Shown piece by piece: positions 51,897-61,297 of a stretch of DNA of 64,000 nt; position 1 is the stretch's first letter; each line of letters starts with the position of its first letter. The notes beneath the pieces were generated by a model, which ran no database searches, was not told the origin of the DNA, and was given only the letters and a program-made list of their open reading frames with translations. This stretch comes from Pseudomonas phage PaBG. The stretch lies in the sequence record KF147891.1, one strand, 5' to 3'. The translations under genes were made by a program, and so were the position numbers.

Positions 51897-54869
51897 ATGT
51901 ACATTCCTGTAAGTCTTGCGAATGGTGCAACCTTCGTAGATTGCGTGGTCGATGTGAGCGGTACCCTTGTGGCTGCGTGTGCTGTTCGGTACGAAGGCCA
52001 AGATTACGCTCCTGGTGTGGAAATTCAGGTAGAGCGTACAAAGACTGTACGCTTGAGTACGACCGTATCGGCGTATGCTGAAATCTCCGTGATGCTCGCA
52101 GGCAAGCAGCATTACTGGTATGTCGATCTGCCGAAGAGCCTTCGCTACGTTGCCGCAAACGAGTATAAGTCGGTAACGGGCACAACCTACGGTAGCCTGC
52201 TGAACACTCAGACCCAAACGTCCCGCGCTTTTACACCCACTGGAACATTCACTGGCGGTGATGCAGTTGCCGCCATCGACTTCGTTAAGAAGGACATCTG
52301 GTTCTTCAACACCAGCAATGAAGTCAAGAAACTCACCATTGCAACGCAGCCCATTGCTGTGCTGTTCGTTCCGCGCTGGAGCGCCGTCGATGGCGTTACC
52401 ACAACCTGCTATATCGCCACAGCATCGCAACTGCTTCGTTTGGACGCCAGCTTCAACGTGGCGGAGACCTTCGAAGTTGAAGCTGGCGTGGTTGCTGCGT
52501 CCGGCGACGTTGACGGCAACATCGTTCTCGCGTATGCCGACAAGCTGGTTCGCTGGAAGGACAACGCGGTACTTGCCACGATCGTCGCACCCAACCTGAG
52601 CGCCGTGCATTCGCTGTTCGTAACGCCTGCCAACGACTACGTGGTCGGGTGTGCTGCCGGGCTGACTATCAGCAAGTTCGAGGGCGGTAGCTGGGTTACG
52701 ACCACGATCAACACTTATACGGGCCGCTACTGGGCCTTTGACATCAACGATACCTTCCTGTATGCGGTTGATGCAGGTAACCGACTGGTCGCCAAGATTT
52801 CTCTTGCCGACTATGCGTACACGCCCGTGTATTTCGACAAGGTACCACGAGACGTTGTTGTCAACGGTGACGATGTTTACGTGTCTTTCTTGAACGATGC
52901 AACGGCCAAGCGCTTCGACAAGGAACTGACCACAAGCCAAGACGTAACCGCCCTCAAGAGTTTTGGTGCAGCGTTCCTCGGTGCCTATCTGGTGACCGAC
53001 CTGTACTCGAACGCGGCGGACGTCACGCTTGCAGAGCCTGCTGTAACAGCAGCCGTGAACCTCGTGGACAATATGCCACGATCGGAAGAAGTCGAACATC
53101 AGTGGACCGTTGACTGGGTACGCCCGGAGTTCGTTCGTCTGGGTACTACCGATGTCGTGATGCGCGTCAACGGCACGCCGTTCACGTCAGGTTATCTGCG
53201 GTCCGGTGACCTGGTCACGTTCACGATTCCCGCGACCAGTGAATGGTACTTCGATCGGAACGTGTCGCTCATCGGGCGCCGTGCTGTTACGTTCCGCTTC
53301 CGCACTGTACCTAAGTTGTACCCGGATACGGTGACCTTGCCACAGGTCCTCGAGGCCTTCCTGAAGGTAGAGTATTTGGAGAGCTTTGTCGTCGCTGGTA
53401 TGACGTACGGGTTCACTACTACTGTGAGCACAGGCTCTCCAGAGCTCCTGTTCTCTGTCAATGGCGGTGCTTTCGGGACCACAGGTACCATCAAGAACGA
53501 CGACGTTGTGGACGTGTCCGTGCGTATCACCTCGTTGATTTCGCAACGTACCGCACACGACATCCTCGTGGATGATGCCGAGCAGCACGTGGCGTCTACC
53601 TGGACGGTACTCCCGATGACGCTCAACGGCGTCACGAAGCGCAACACTTCGGAAGTATTGAAGCCTCGCTTCGGTGAGCTGCACGTTCAGTCTGCAATCG
53701 AGACGCTCGACCCGTTCACACCCACGCTGTCTCCGTATGTCACCGTCGGGTACGATTCTGCCCAGTGGGAATTGGCAACTGACCGTGAAGCGTTCACGAC
53801 TCAGTACGGCTGCACCAAACACAGCCAAGCGACAGTCGGAATCAGCGACGTGGCTCAATGGCTCATCAACTCCAAAGAGGTCAGCTTCGCCAAAGCCTCG
53901 CAGGGCCTGCACGTCCGCTACTCCCACGTCGTCAGTACAGACGCCGCCTACAGTGTAAATGCAAGTGCAGTGACCTTCCCCGGTGACACCGAAGTTGCAT
54001 TGGTCGAGGCAGGCACTGTGGTGCATGCAAATGGGGTATACGCCATCGCTGCACAGTTCGCAGGCGCTGAGTTGTCTGCGGTGTACGCCATTGCTGCCCA
54101 GCATGCCTTTGCCGAACTCTCGGCAGAGTATTCTCTGGTGCCTGATGTGGTACGTCTGGAGATTGAGGCTGACTATGCGCGCGTCCCTGGCTATACTCGC
54201 ATTGGTGTTGATGCTGATTGGGTTAGACCTTTGGGTGCTGAGCGCTACCTGACGTCAGCCGTCTACCAAGTGTTTGAATCTGGCGAGCGCGCTCCAGTGC
54301 AAGCCGCTTACGAGCTTGGTGTCAAAGGCAAGCGTGCAGTGTTCGAGGCCCAGCCTTCGCTGTCGTGGCGTTATCCGATGTCGGAAATCGAAACCCAGAT
54401 GCTGCGTCGTGTGTCCAACGGCACCTACGTCATCGCTGGGCAGTACGATGTGCGCGAAGCAACAAACGTGCTGGAGTTTTCCGCGTCTGTGGTGTTGCGT
54501 CCGTCGGTTGAACTCTACGGCATGCACACTGTCTTCGAGCGACGTTCCAGCAACACTCGCTTTGAAGTGCAGCAGAATGTCGAGCGCCGCACCAGCAACA
54601 CCATGTTGGTCGATCGCCCGGTTGTGGAGTTTATCCACTCTCAGCGCATCGGATACGCGCTTTCGGAAGACGCCAGTGCATTCTTCACGTCGCAAGAAGA
54701 CGCGGAAGCCTATGCAGCGAGCATCAACCTGAGCGCCGGTGTTGTGTACAAGCAGATCAACGGAAAGTGGGTGTTCACGCTGACGCCGACCTCTTCCTCC
54801 GCTTCGTGTCCGCTTGGTGAACTGCCACCTGCGGCTTCGCGGCGCTTCGGTTACGTTGGAGGTGGTTAA
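51897..54869 (+). CDS. large (990 aa) structural protein, function unknown
   Basis: SD GGAG. Contains a short tandem peptide repeat, VYAIAAQ(F/H)A(G/F)AELSA x2, at nt ~54040-54130. Confidence 0.55.
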   Translation: MYIPVSLANGATFVDCVVDVSGTLVAACAVRYEGQDYAPGVEIQVERTKTVRLSTTVSAYAEISVMLAGKQHYWYVDLPKSLRYVAANEYKSVTGTTYGSLLNTQTQTSRAFTPTGTFTGGDAVAAIDFVKKDIWFFNTSNEVKKLTIATQPIAVLFVPRWSAVDGVTTTCYIATASQLLRLDASFNVAETFEVEAGVVAASGDVDGNIVLAYADKLVRWKDNAVLATIVAPNLSAVHSLFVTPANDYVVGCAAGLTISKFEGGSWVTTTINTYTGRYWAFDINDTFLYAVDAGNRLVAKISLADYAYTPVYFDKVPRDVVVNGDDVYVSFLNDATAKRFDKELTTSQDVTALKSFGAAFLGAYLVTDLYSNAADVTLAEPAVTAAVNLVDNMPRSEEVEHQWTVDWVRPEFVRLGTTDVVMRVNGTPFTSGYLRSGDLVTFTIPATSEWYFDRNVSLIGRRAVTFRFRTVPKLYPDTVTLPQVLEAFLKVEYLESFVVAGMTYGFTTTVSTGSPELLFSVNGGAFGTTGTIKNDDVVDVSVRITSLISQRTAHDILVDDAEQHVASTWTVLPMTLNGVTKRNTSEVLKPRFGELHVQSAIETLDPFTPTLSPYVTVGYDSAQWELATDREAFTTQYGCTKHSQATVGISDVAQWLINSKEVSFAKASQGLHVRYSHVVSTDAAYSVNASAVTFPGDTEVALVEAGTVVHANGVYAIAAQFAGAELSAVYAIAAQHAFAELSAEYSLVPDVVRLEIEADYARVPGYTRIGVDADWVRPLGAERYLTSAVYQVFESGERAPVQAAYELGVKGKRAVFEAQPSLSWRYPMSEIETQMLRRVSNGTYVIAGQYDVREATNVLEFSASVVLRPSVELYGMHTVFERRSSNTRFEVQQNVERRTSNTMLVDRPVVEFIHSQRIGYALSEDASAFFTSQEDAEAYAASINLSAGVVYKQINGKWVFTLTPTSSSASCPLGELPPAASRRFGYVGGG

Positions 54870-55396
54870 TGCTTAGTTCCGAGGTGTTTCGTTTTGCCAA
54901 GCCCGGAATCGCCGTGCTGACAGGTGTGGTCAAGGCCGCATCTGTCGGTGTGACGAATACCCCGTTCGTTGACTCGATTGCTATGGTGCCTAAAAACCGT
55001 GCCTTGTTCGATGTCATCGCTGCTGATGGCCGCGTGCTCAACCGTGCAGAAGGGTTCGAGCCTGACTACTGGTTCGATAATGGCAACCTTGTTGTGCGTC
55101 AAGCAGGTAGCTATACACTGCGCGAGTACGACAAGATCGGTCCTTTCGAGGATGCCGTTGTCAAGCCAGGTAGAAACTTCGTGCTGTCCGATGGCGGCGC
55201 CTTTCGTGTAGGCGTACCGTTCTGGCCGCAGGTGCTGTCTCAGCCTGAGAATGGCGTAGCGCGAGTTTCCAATGACGGAAAGAGCCTGGCGTATGTCTCG
55301 CAGGGTTTCCGAGGTCAAGCCTCGTTTGCGTATCGCATGGTCAACGCTTACGGTCAAGTGAGTGAGCCTGCGTGCGCGTACATCACAGCAATATAA
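54869..55396 (+). CDS. hypothetical protein
   Basis: TAATG start/stop overlap; 175 aa. Confidence 0.5.
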   Translation: MLSSEVFRFAKPGIAVLTGVVKAASVGVTNTPFVDSIAMVPKNRALFDVIAADGRVLNRAEGFEPDYWFDNGNLVVRQAGSYTLREYDKIGPFEDAVVKPGRNFVLSDGGAFRVGVPFWPQVLSQPENGVARVSNDGKSLAYVSQGFRGQASFAYRMVNAYGQVSEPACAYITAI

Positions 55397-55403
55397 ACGC
55401 AAC

Positions 55404-55437
55404 AGGCTGTGGAGCTGAGGCTCTACGGCCTTTTTGC
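55404..55437 (+). terminator. rho-independent terminator
   Basis: GTGGAGC-TGAG-GCTCTAC / GGCC followed by TTTTTG. Confidence 0.6.
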
Positions 55438-55469
55438 GTATCTATGCCAACATTTTTACGGGGAATCAT

Positions 55470-57233
55470 ATGAAACTCGTTCCGTTGCGGCGCAAAGGAA
55501 TTCCGGCGCGCAGCGCAGTCGCAGGCTTTCGCGACGGCAAAGCGTACTACGGAGATTACGAGGTAACCCGCGTGGCTGAAAACAACTACGCAGCCCAACA
55601 AGATTTTCGCTGGCGAGTCCGCGACAATCTGCTGTTGGAGTCTGAGAGTTCCTCCTGCTTTCAGCGTATCGCTGGTCGTCCTGACATCATTGATTACGCA
55701 CCTATCGGCACCCTCCGTGGAGTGCGCAACATGCTGTTCACTTCGCAGCTTGGGGTTACCGCTGGAAAGAAGTTCTATTTCAGTAAGGGCTTTCTGGTAA
55801 GCGAGGACAACAAGATTCGACTGAACGCTGTCCATGTGTCTGGAAGCACTACCACGCAGTTCTCGGACCTGACGTATAACCATGGGGAGTTCCTGTTCGA
55901 GACAGTCGATTACTTCTGCATGCGGTTAATCAGAGGTCCACGCGAGTTCTCCAACAACGCAAACTCTACCTATCTTGTCATGGTGTCTAAGCGCCCGTTC
56001 GATTTGGCGAACGTGTACGTTGCAAGTGGCGTTGTGGATTTTGTCTACTTGGGTAAAAATCGCGCCACGTCTGCGGATGGTCGGCACACTCTGTTGATGT
56101 TGGCTTCAGGTCTTGCTACGGAATCCGGCAACGCTGTCCTACATTCAACAACGCTGACCAAAATCGCCGAAGCTACCGTGATCAGCTTGGAGAACGAGAA
56201 TGCCCCATCCGTCGCTGCCTCATGGAAGTACCTGATCACTGGACGTACTATCGGCGGTGGGCGCGTAGGTTCGACACTAGACTTGACCAAGTTTACACCG
56301 ACCTTCGTGCGAGACATGGTTGAGTACGACAACGATGGCTTCATCAAGCGGATTGCCTACGTTGGACACGTACCAGAGCTCGGTGCCGAGCAGTGGAACT
56401 ATACGGGATCGTCGCAGCCCGTGACTTTTCAAGAGACACTTGGCGTCAACCACTTAGAGTTCTCCACTCGAGGCGATGACTCCGCACCGTACATCACTGT
56501 GGCGTATCAGCCAATACCTCTGTCTGCTGCGATGTTGGCAGCGACACCGTCAATCATAGCTACCGACAGTACGCATCAGTTCGTGACGTTGGCGACATTA
56601 GCGGCTTGGAAGCACGGCTCTAAGTTTTACGTGGCTGCATACGGTTCTATGGGTATGGCAAAATACCTACGCCGCTACGCAGCACAGGCTCCAGTATATC
56701 CGCTGACTGTGTTCTCTTACGATGTGGATGCCGCGAACGTGCTGTCCAACAGACAAGTCCACGAGTTCCCGGTCGATGGTGGCGTACAAGCGCAATTGGG
56801 TACGTACCTGGTTTCGGCAGATGGTGGTTACGTTTGGTTCCCTAGCCACAGTAACGGTAGCGTTGTGTGTCTTGACGTAACTGGCGCAACCCCGCAACTG
56901 CACGCTGCCTCGATCGGAGGAACGTACTTCCAATTCATGGGAGTTCACGGCGATCAATTTATGGGCCTACAGGACAACGTGCCGTACATGATGCGCCCAA
57001 CCCCAGACGCGACGTTCACGATGACATTCGACAAGACGGAGTACCTAAGAGGAGAATCTGGTGTTCTGTCAGTTTCGGCATCCAGTGATTGCATCGTGAA
57101 GGTGCGTCTTTTCGGCTGCGTGACCCAGCAACGTGAAACGGAATTGGATGTTGTCTTGACCGCGGACACACCAGAACTCATAAGCGTGCTGGTGAACTCT
57201 GACCCGATCGCACAAATCATTGAAGTGGAGTGA
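55470..57233 (+). CDS. paralog A of a tandem three-gene family (587 aa) with C-terminal Ig-like domain
   Basis: Shares the TAGKK/TAGNR/TAGKT N-terminal motif and the C-terminal F(D/N)K.EY..G(E/D)...L.V... domain with the next two genes. Confidence 0.55.
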   Translation: MKLVPLRRKGIPARSAVAGFRDGKAYYGDYEVTRVAENNYAAQQDFRWRVRDNLLLESESSSCFQRIAGRPDIIDYAPIGTLRGVRNMLFTSQLGVTAGKKFYFSKGFLVSEDNKIRLNAVHVSGSTTTQFSDLTYNHGEFLFETVDYFCMRLIRGPREFSNNANSTYLVMVSKRPFDLANVYVASGVVDFVYLGKNRATSADGRHTLLMLASGLATESGNAVLHSTTLTKIAEATVISLENENAPSVAASWKYLITGRTIGGGRVGSTLDLTKFTPTFVRDMVEYDNDGFIKRIAYVGHVPELGAEQWNYTGSSQPVTFQETLGVNHLEFSTRGDDSAPYITVAYQPIPLSAAMLAATPSIIATDSTHQFVTLATLAAWKHGSKFYVAAYGSMGMAKYLRRYAAQAPVYPLTVFSYDVDAANVLSNRQVHEFPVDGGVQAQLGTYLVSADGGYVWFPSHSNGSVVCLDVTGATPQLHAASIGGTYFQFMGVHGDQFMGLQDNVPYMMRPTPDATFTMTFDKTEYLRGESGVLSVSASSDCIVKVRLFGCVTQQRETELDVVLTADTPELISVLVNSDPIAQIIEVE

Positions 57234-57237
57234 TCAA

Positions 57238-59121
57238 ATGCGCGTGGCTAAAATAGCAAGACGCCAAAAGAGCCCGGTGAGCCCACAGTTCGGCGAGCAC
57301 TTCGGGAAAATTTTCAGTGATGATCTGTACGAAGACGGACTACCCAGGCCGCGCTTCCCGTACATGCGCAATGCTCCAGCGCAAACCTGGGTGGGCATGG
57401 TCCCAAATCAAGTGGTGTCTACCCAGCAGTGCTCGTTCACGCCAGGCACTGGCCTTGGGACTATTGGTGTGTCTGTGGCAAGTCTTCCCCACATTAACGG
57501 ACACAACAGCGAGTGGTTCTGGTCAACCAAGGGCATCACTGCAGGGAACCGCTACCGTTCGTACAACGGACGTATGTACGATCAGAACGGGGAGATTTAC
57601 TTCTCCCCATACAACATCGGTCAGACGTTCTATGACGGTGATACCGTTGTTGCCGGTTGGGGACTGGAGATCGTATACGAGACTGCTCAGGTCTTCTTGA
57701 TCAAGTTGATTGCCCGTCCAAGCACGACCTCCTATCAGGGCGTTTTCGATGGTGGTGGTTACGGCACGTGCGCTCTTGCCATGCTGTTCAAGTCCAACAA
57801 GAGCGTGCAAAACGAACTGCTCGGAAACTTCGACATCCACTATCTTGGACGCACGCCAGATAGTGCCCTGGGCGCGAACGACGGAAAGACAACCTTTTTG
57901 GTGCAGTCGCATCTGTTGCGCTCACACTCGTATCAAACTGGCATAGTGGATGACTTGGGTACAAGCACAGGACACGGTGCAAAATTCCACTTGTTGCAGT
58001 TGGACGAGTCCGTGAATATCCAGTCGCACCCTGCTTGGAAGTTCTCGCTTCTGGCAAGAGTCGGCTCTGGCATTCAAGGTTTCATTGCACCAAAGCAGAA
58101 ATTGCTCATTGCCTTCGACAAGTCGACCTGCCGGTACGACGAAGACGACCGCATCGTCGGCTTTTCTTTCGCTGGTGCTGATACTGCTAAAGTTGCCGAA
58201 TCGTGGCCGTTGTTGTCAGCGGCTATGCAATTCGGATTGGACGACAATCTGTCCGTGTTCAACGTGGACTTTACCGGACCTTCGACCTTTGGTGTGGTAG
58301 CGTCTCCGAAGTTGCCTCTGCCTGCCCAGTGGCTTTCCGCCCAATGGTTGCTGAACAGTGGCACATCCAACAACTTCGTACTGTCGCTCGCTAATGGTAA
58401 GTCGTGGTCGTATGTCCATGACGGCCTGAAGTATCTGGCTGTATTCCTGAATGCTACTGGCTTCGATGAATATCGGTACAGCGACACGACCAGCTTTGCC
58501 AACGTGCGTACTCCGCCAGCACTGCCTCCTTTGCTCTTTCGTGCGCCGATCAACGACCAGGGAGTCGTGTCTGGACCGTGGAGTGTGACGGAGTATCCTG
58601 TGCATTTTGGCATTGGTTTGCGCGAACGTGCGATGCTGCTGACTGAATCCAGGAAGCGTCTGGTCATGGCTCACGAACAAGTGCGCTACGCCTTTCGCCA
58701 ACTGAACACGCCGACAGTCGATCCGCAAAACGTCATCGTTACGATTGACGCTGCGACAGGCGAGCATGAAATACACAGGCTGCCAGAGGGCGATCAGTTC
58801 GAGATCGGTATCGTGTCCTTCGGCGTCAGTGGCGAGGATGTTTACGTTCTCACCCGAGATTTCTGCCAATACGTGCTGCGTCCAAATGGCATCCTCCCGA
58901 CGCTGTCGCTGGACAAAGAGACATACCAGCGTGGAGATACCGCGACGCTGACCATCACCGTCCCGGAGTCGTGTCGTGTTAAGCTGGAGCTGTTCGGATG
59001 CAGGTACGAGGGTAACCGCAATATCGATGTCTTGGTCGCCGCAAGCGAGCAACTACAATTAGACGTGGTAGGCTGCGTTGAAGTGCATGTTACCTACTGC
59101 GAACCGGAGGTGCAAGAATGA
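57238..59121 (+). CDS. paralog B of the tandem family (627 aa)
   Basis: ATG 57238 follows the upstream TGA; an alternative TTG start at 57220 is given in the track. Confidence 0.55.
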   Translation: MRVAKIARRQKSPVSPQFGEHFGKIFSDDLYEDGLPRPRFPYMRNAPAQTWVGMVPNQVVSTQQCSFTPGTGLGTIGVSVASLPHINGHNSEWFWSTKGITAGNRYRSYNGRMYDQNGEIYFSPYNIGQTFYDGDTVVAGWGLEIVYETAQVFLIKLIARPSTTSYQGVFDGGGYGTCALAMLFKSNKSVQNELLGNFDIHYLGRTPDSALGANDGKTTFLVQSHLLRSHSYQTGIVDDLGTSTGHGAKFHLLQLDESVNIQSHPAWKFSLLARVGSGIQGFIAPKQKLLIAFDKSTCRYDEDDRIVGFSFAGADTAKVAESWPLLSAAMQFGLDDNLSVFNVDFTGPSTFGVVASPKLPLPAQWLSAQWLLNSGTSNNFVLSLANGKSWSYVHDGLKYLAVFLNATGFDEYRYSDTTSFANVRTPPALPPLLFRAPINDQGVVSGPWSVTEYPVHFGIGLRERAMLLTESRKRLVMAHEQVRYAFRQLNTPTVDPQNVIVTIDAATGEHEIHRLPEGDQFEIGIVSFGVSGEDVYVLTRDFCQYVLRPNGILPTLSLDKETYQRGDTATLTITVPESCRVKLELFGCRYEGNRNIDVLVAASEQLQLDVVGCVEVHVTYCEPEVQE

Positions 59122-60905
59122 AGATAGTCCAGATGCCCGAGGACTTGAATCGCAGGAGCGAATACTTCGGGCTATATCGTGGAGAGCTGTATTCTGGCGA
59201 CGTGGCCGTATCAGGTAATCCGGTTCCGAAAGCGTCTCGATATTACCCGTCGAAGTCAAAACAGTTTGATGCCATCAAGATGGTGTCTTCCGGCTCCGGG
59301 TACCCGCAAGGAATGTTTATCGACGTTCCGGGTTCTTTGATGGCGGTACAGGGGACGGCCAACTTTGTTGCTGTCGCAAACCCATCGCAGCTACGCGGCG
59401 CACAAAATCAACCGTTTGAGTCCAAGCTCGGCGCCACGGCTGGAAAGACTCTGTTCCAGCACGGCCACAACATCATCGTCAATCAGGACTACGAACAGGA
59501 ATTCAGTATTTCAGGCACTGCACTGAACACGGCAAACGCCAACTCCGAGGGAGTGTCCGCCTTCTTCACCAACGGTCGTATCGTAGGTGAGACGAATACG
59601 CACCTGTTCGTGCACCAATTCCGCTTCGAGGATGGCGGCAACGATGAGTCCGCATTCTACGCACTGCACAAGGTGACTGGTGTTTTGATCCGGGTGCTGC
59701 GCGGGCGCTTTGACCTAGAGTATCTCGGAGAGGATTCCAACTCCAATCCGCTGTTCTGGGTCAACGCACAGCAGCTAACTGATGCTCCTGCGAGCTTCTC
59801 TTTCGTAGGCACAGGAACGGGCGCCGGGTGCGCACAATACCTGATGCGCGGAGTTCCTACTCCAACAGGGGTGGGGAACTTCGTGCAGGTGTACGTCGAG
59901 CGCATGGGCAATGGCGTCGCAAGCGGTGCTTCTGGACGGACCAACTGCGTTACCTTGTGCTCGACTGACGCACCGATCGTCGAGTATGACGGCAACGGTA
60001 AAGTCGCGGCGTTCACCTTGCTCAATACAGACGACACTCGCCTTACGTGCGGCTCCAGCACCTTCCCGGGTTTGCGTGGCGGGTACTACGTCAACTGGTG
60101 TCGATATACGCTCAGTGCGGGCGTGCTGACTCGACAGATTCTCCAACGTATCGACATCACCGAATACGAAGGAGCCGTGTTCAACAACCAAGACCCGTCG
60201 TACGGCAAGTCCTCCTCGCTGATTCAGTGCGTCTACTTCGTTGAGGACAATCAGCTATGCGCAGTCTTTGGTAACGGAGGTGCCCTGACATATCTTCCTT
60301 CGGACAACAGATTTCAGGCCGCCATTCTACCTACGCTGTTACTGCGTGCGTCCGTAGGAGAGCAGAACCAGCTCGGTGAGTTAGAGTGGCAGCGACTCGA
60401 TCTAGCGGTGACGCCCAACTACGTCTTCAACTTCGGAATGCTGGACAAGAAAGCCAAGAAGCTGTGGCAGGTTAGTTCTATGTCCTTCCGCAGGGACTTT
60501 CTTGAAGTGCGTTGCCTGAGTTTGTCGGATGTCCTGTGCGCCGACTACGGATATGTCTCGGGCAAGTCTTTCGCCATGGGTGCTGTGGATGGACGCCTCC
60601 TAGCAGCCGTGCAAGTCGAAGGCAACATGGTCAGGAAGTATCAGTTCGTCTCCGAAGCGGTTGGAGCTAACGTCACTCTGGCTTTCAACCAAGCTGAGTA
60701 CCAAGTCGGAGATACTGCGACGCTTACCGTGAACTCAGACGTTGAGTTGCTGGTCACAGTGGAGCTCGACGGCGGTACGTTCTCGGATACCACAGACTCC
60801 AAAGAGTTTCAGGTGTTCGGCGAACTTCAACTGCCCGTGACGGTCAAAGCTGCGCTCTCCGCCTCCGTGTCCAACATTCGTTTGCCTGAAGAGGTGCCAG
60901 AATGA
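59118..60905 (+). CDS. paralog C of the tandem family (595 aa)
   Basis: ATGA overlap with the upstream gene; shares the C-terminal domain. Confidence 0.55.
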   Translation: MKIVQMPEDLNRRSEYFGLYRGELYSGDVAVSGNPVPKASRYYPSKSKQFDAIKMVSSGSGYPQGMFIDVPGSLMAVQGTANFVAVANPSQLRGAQNQPFESKLGATAGKTLFQHGHNIIVNQDYEQEFSISGTALNTANANSEGVSAFFTNGRIVGETNTHLFVHQFRFEDGGNDESAFYALHKVTGVLIRVLRGRFDLEYLGEDSNSNPLFWVNAQQLTDAPASFSFVGTGTGAGCAQYLMRGVPTPTGVGNFVQVYVERMGNGVASGASGRTNCVTLCSTDAPIVEYDGNGKVAAFTLLNTDDTRLTCGSSTFPGLRGGYYVNWCRYTLSAGVLTRQILQRIDITEYEGAVFNNQDPSYGKSSSLIQCVYFVEDNQLCAVFGNGGALTYLPSDNRFQAAILPTLLLRASVGEQNQLGELEWQRLDLAVTPNYVFNFGMLDKKAKKLWQVSSMSFRRDFLEVRCLSLSDVLCADYGYVSGKSFAMGAVDGRLLAAVQVEGNMVRKYQFVSEAVGANVTLAFNQAEYQVGDTATLTVNSDVELLVTVELDGGTFSDTTDSKEFQVFGELQLPVTVKAALSASVSNIRLPEEVPE

Positions 60906-61297
60906 GCTTGACATCAATCTTTCGGCTCGCGCCTGTACGTGCAGCCGTCATAGGACCTAGCTTGTTGGGTGCCAAAACGGAGTACCGCAATCCTGGCATC
61001 AGCCTGCGCGTACTCGACGCCGACGCCGAAAAGGGTTCGTATGTCGGCGGTTTTCCTGCGGTAAAGTTGAGCTCCGTGCGTGATCGCTTTGCTATCTCCA
61101 TGGGGAGCGTCACGGCGCCCGTCGGGGAGAAGCAACATTCTGCGTTGGCTCCAATATACGCATCGGCATCCGCCCGCGTCACCGATCAGCCGAGTGTTCA
61201 AGAAGGGCTGATCACGCATGTTCGCGTAACTACGGCAAGCGCTCGCATTGCCGCACCTGCTCACTCCACAGTTTCTATCGAGGTCGAATATGCGTAA
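60902..61297 (+). CDS. hypothetical protein
   Basis: ATGA overlap; 131 aa. Confidence 0.45.
   Translation: MSLTSIFRLAPVRAAVIGPSLLGAKTEYRNPGISLRVLDADAEKGSYVGGFPAVKLSSVRDRFAISMGSVTAPVGEKQHSALAPIYASASARVTDQPSVQEGLITHVRVTTASARIAAPAHSTVSIEVEYA

Noticed and set aside
55438-55469. Promoter-like TTGCGT-17-TACGGG after the 55404 terminator
   Set aside because: The -10 element is too poor to call.
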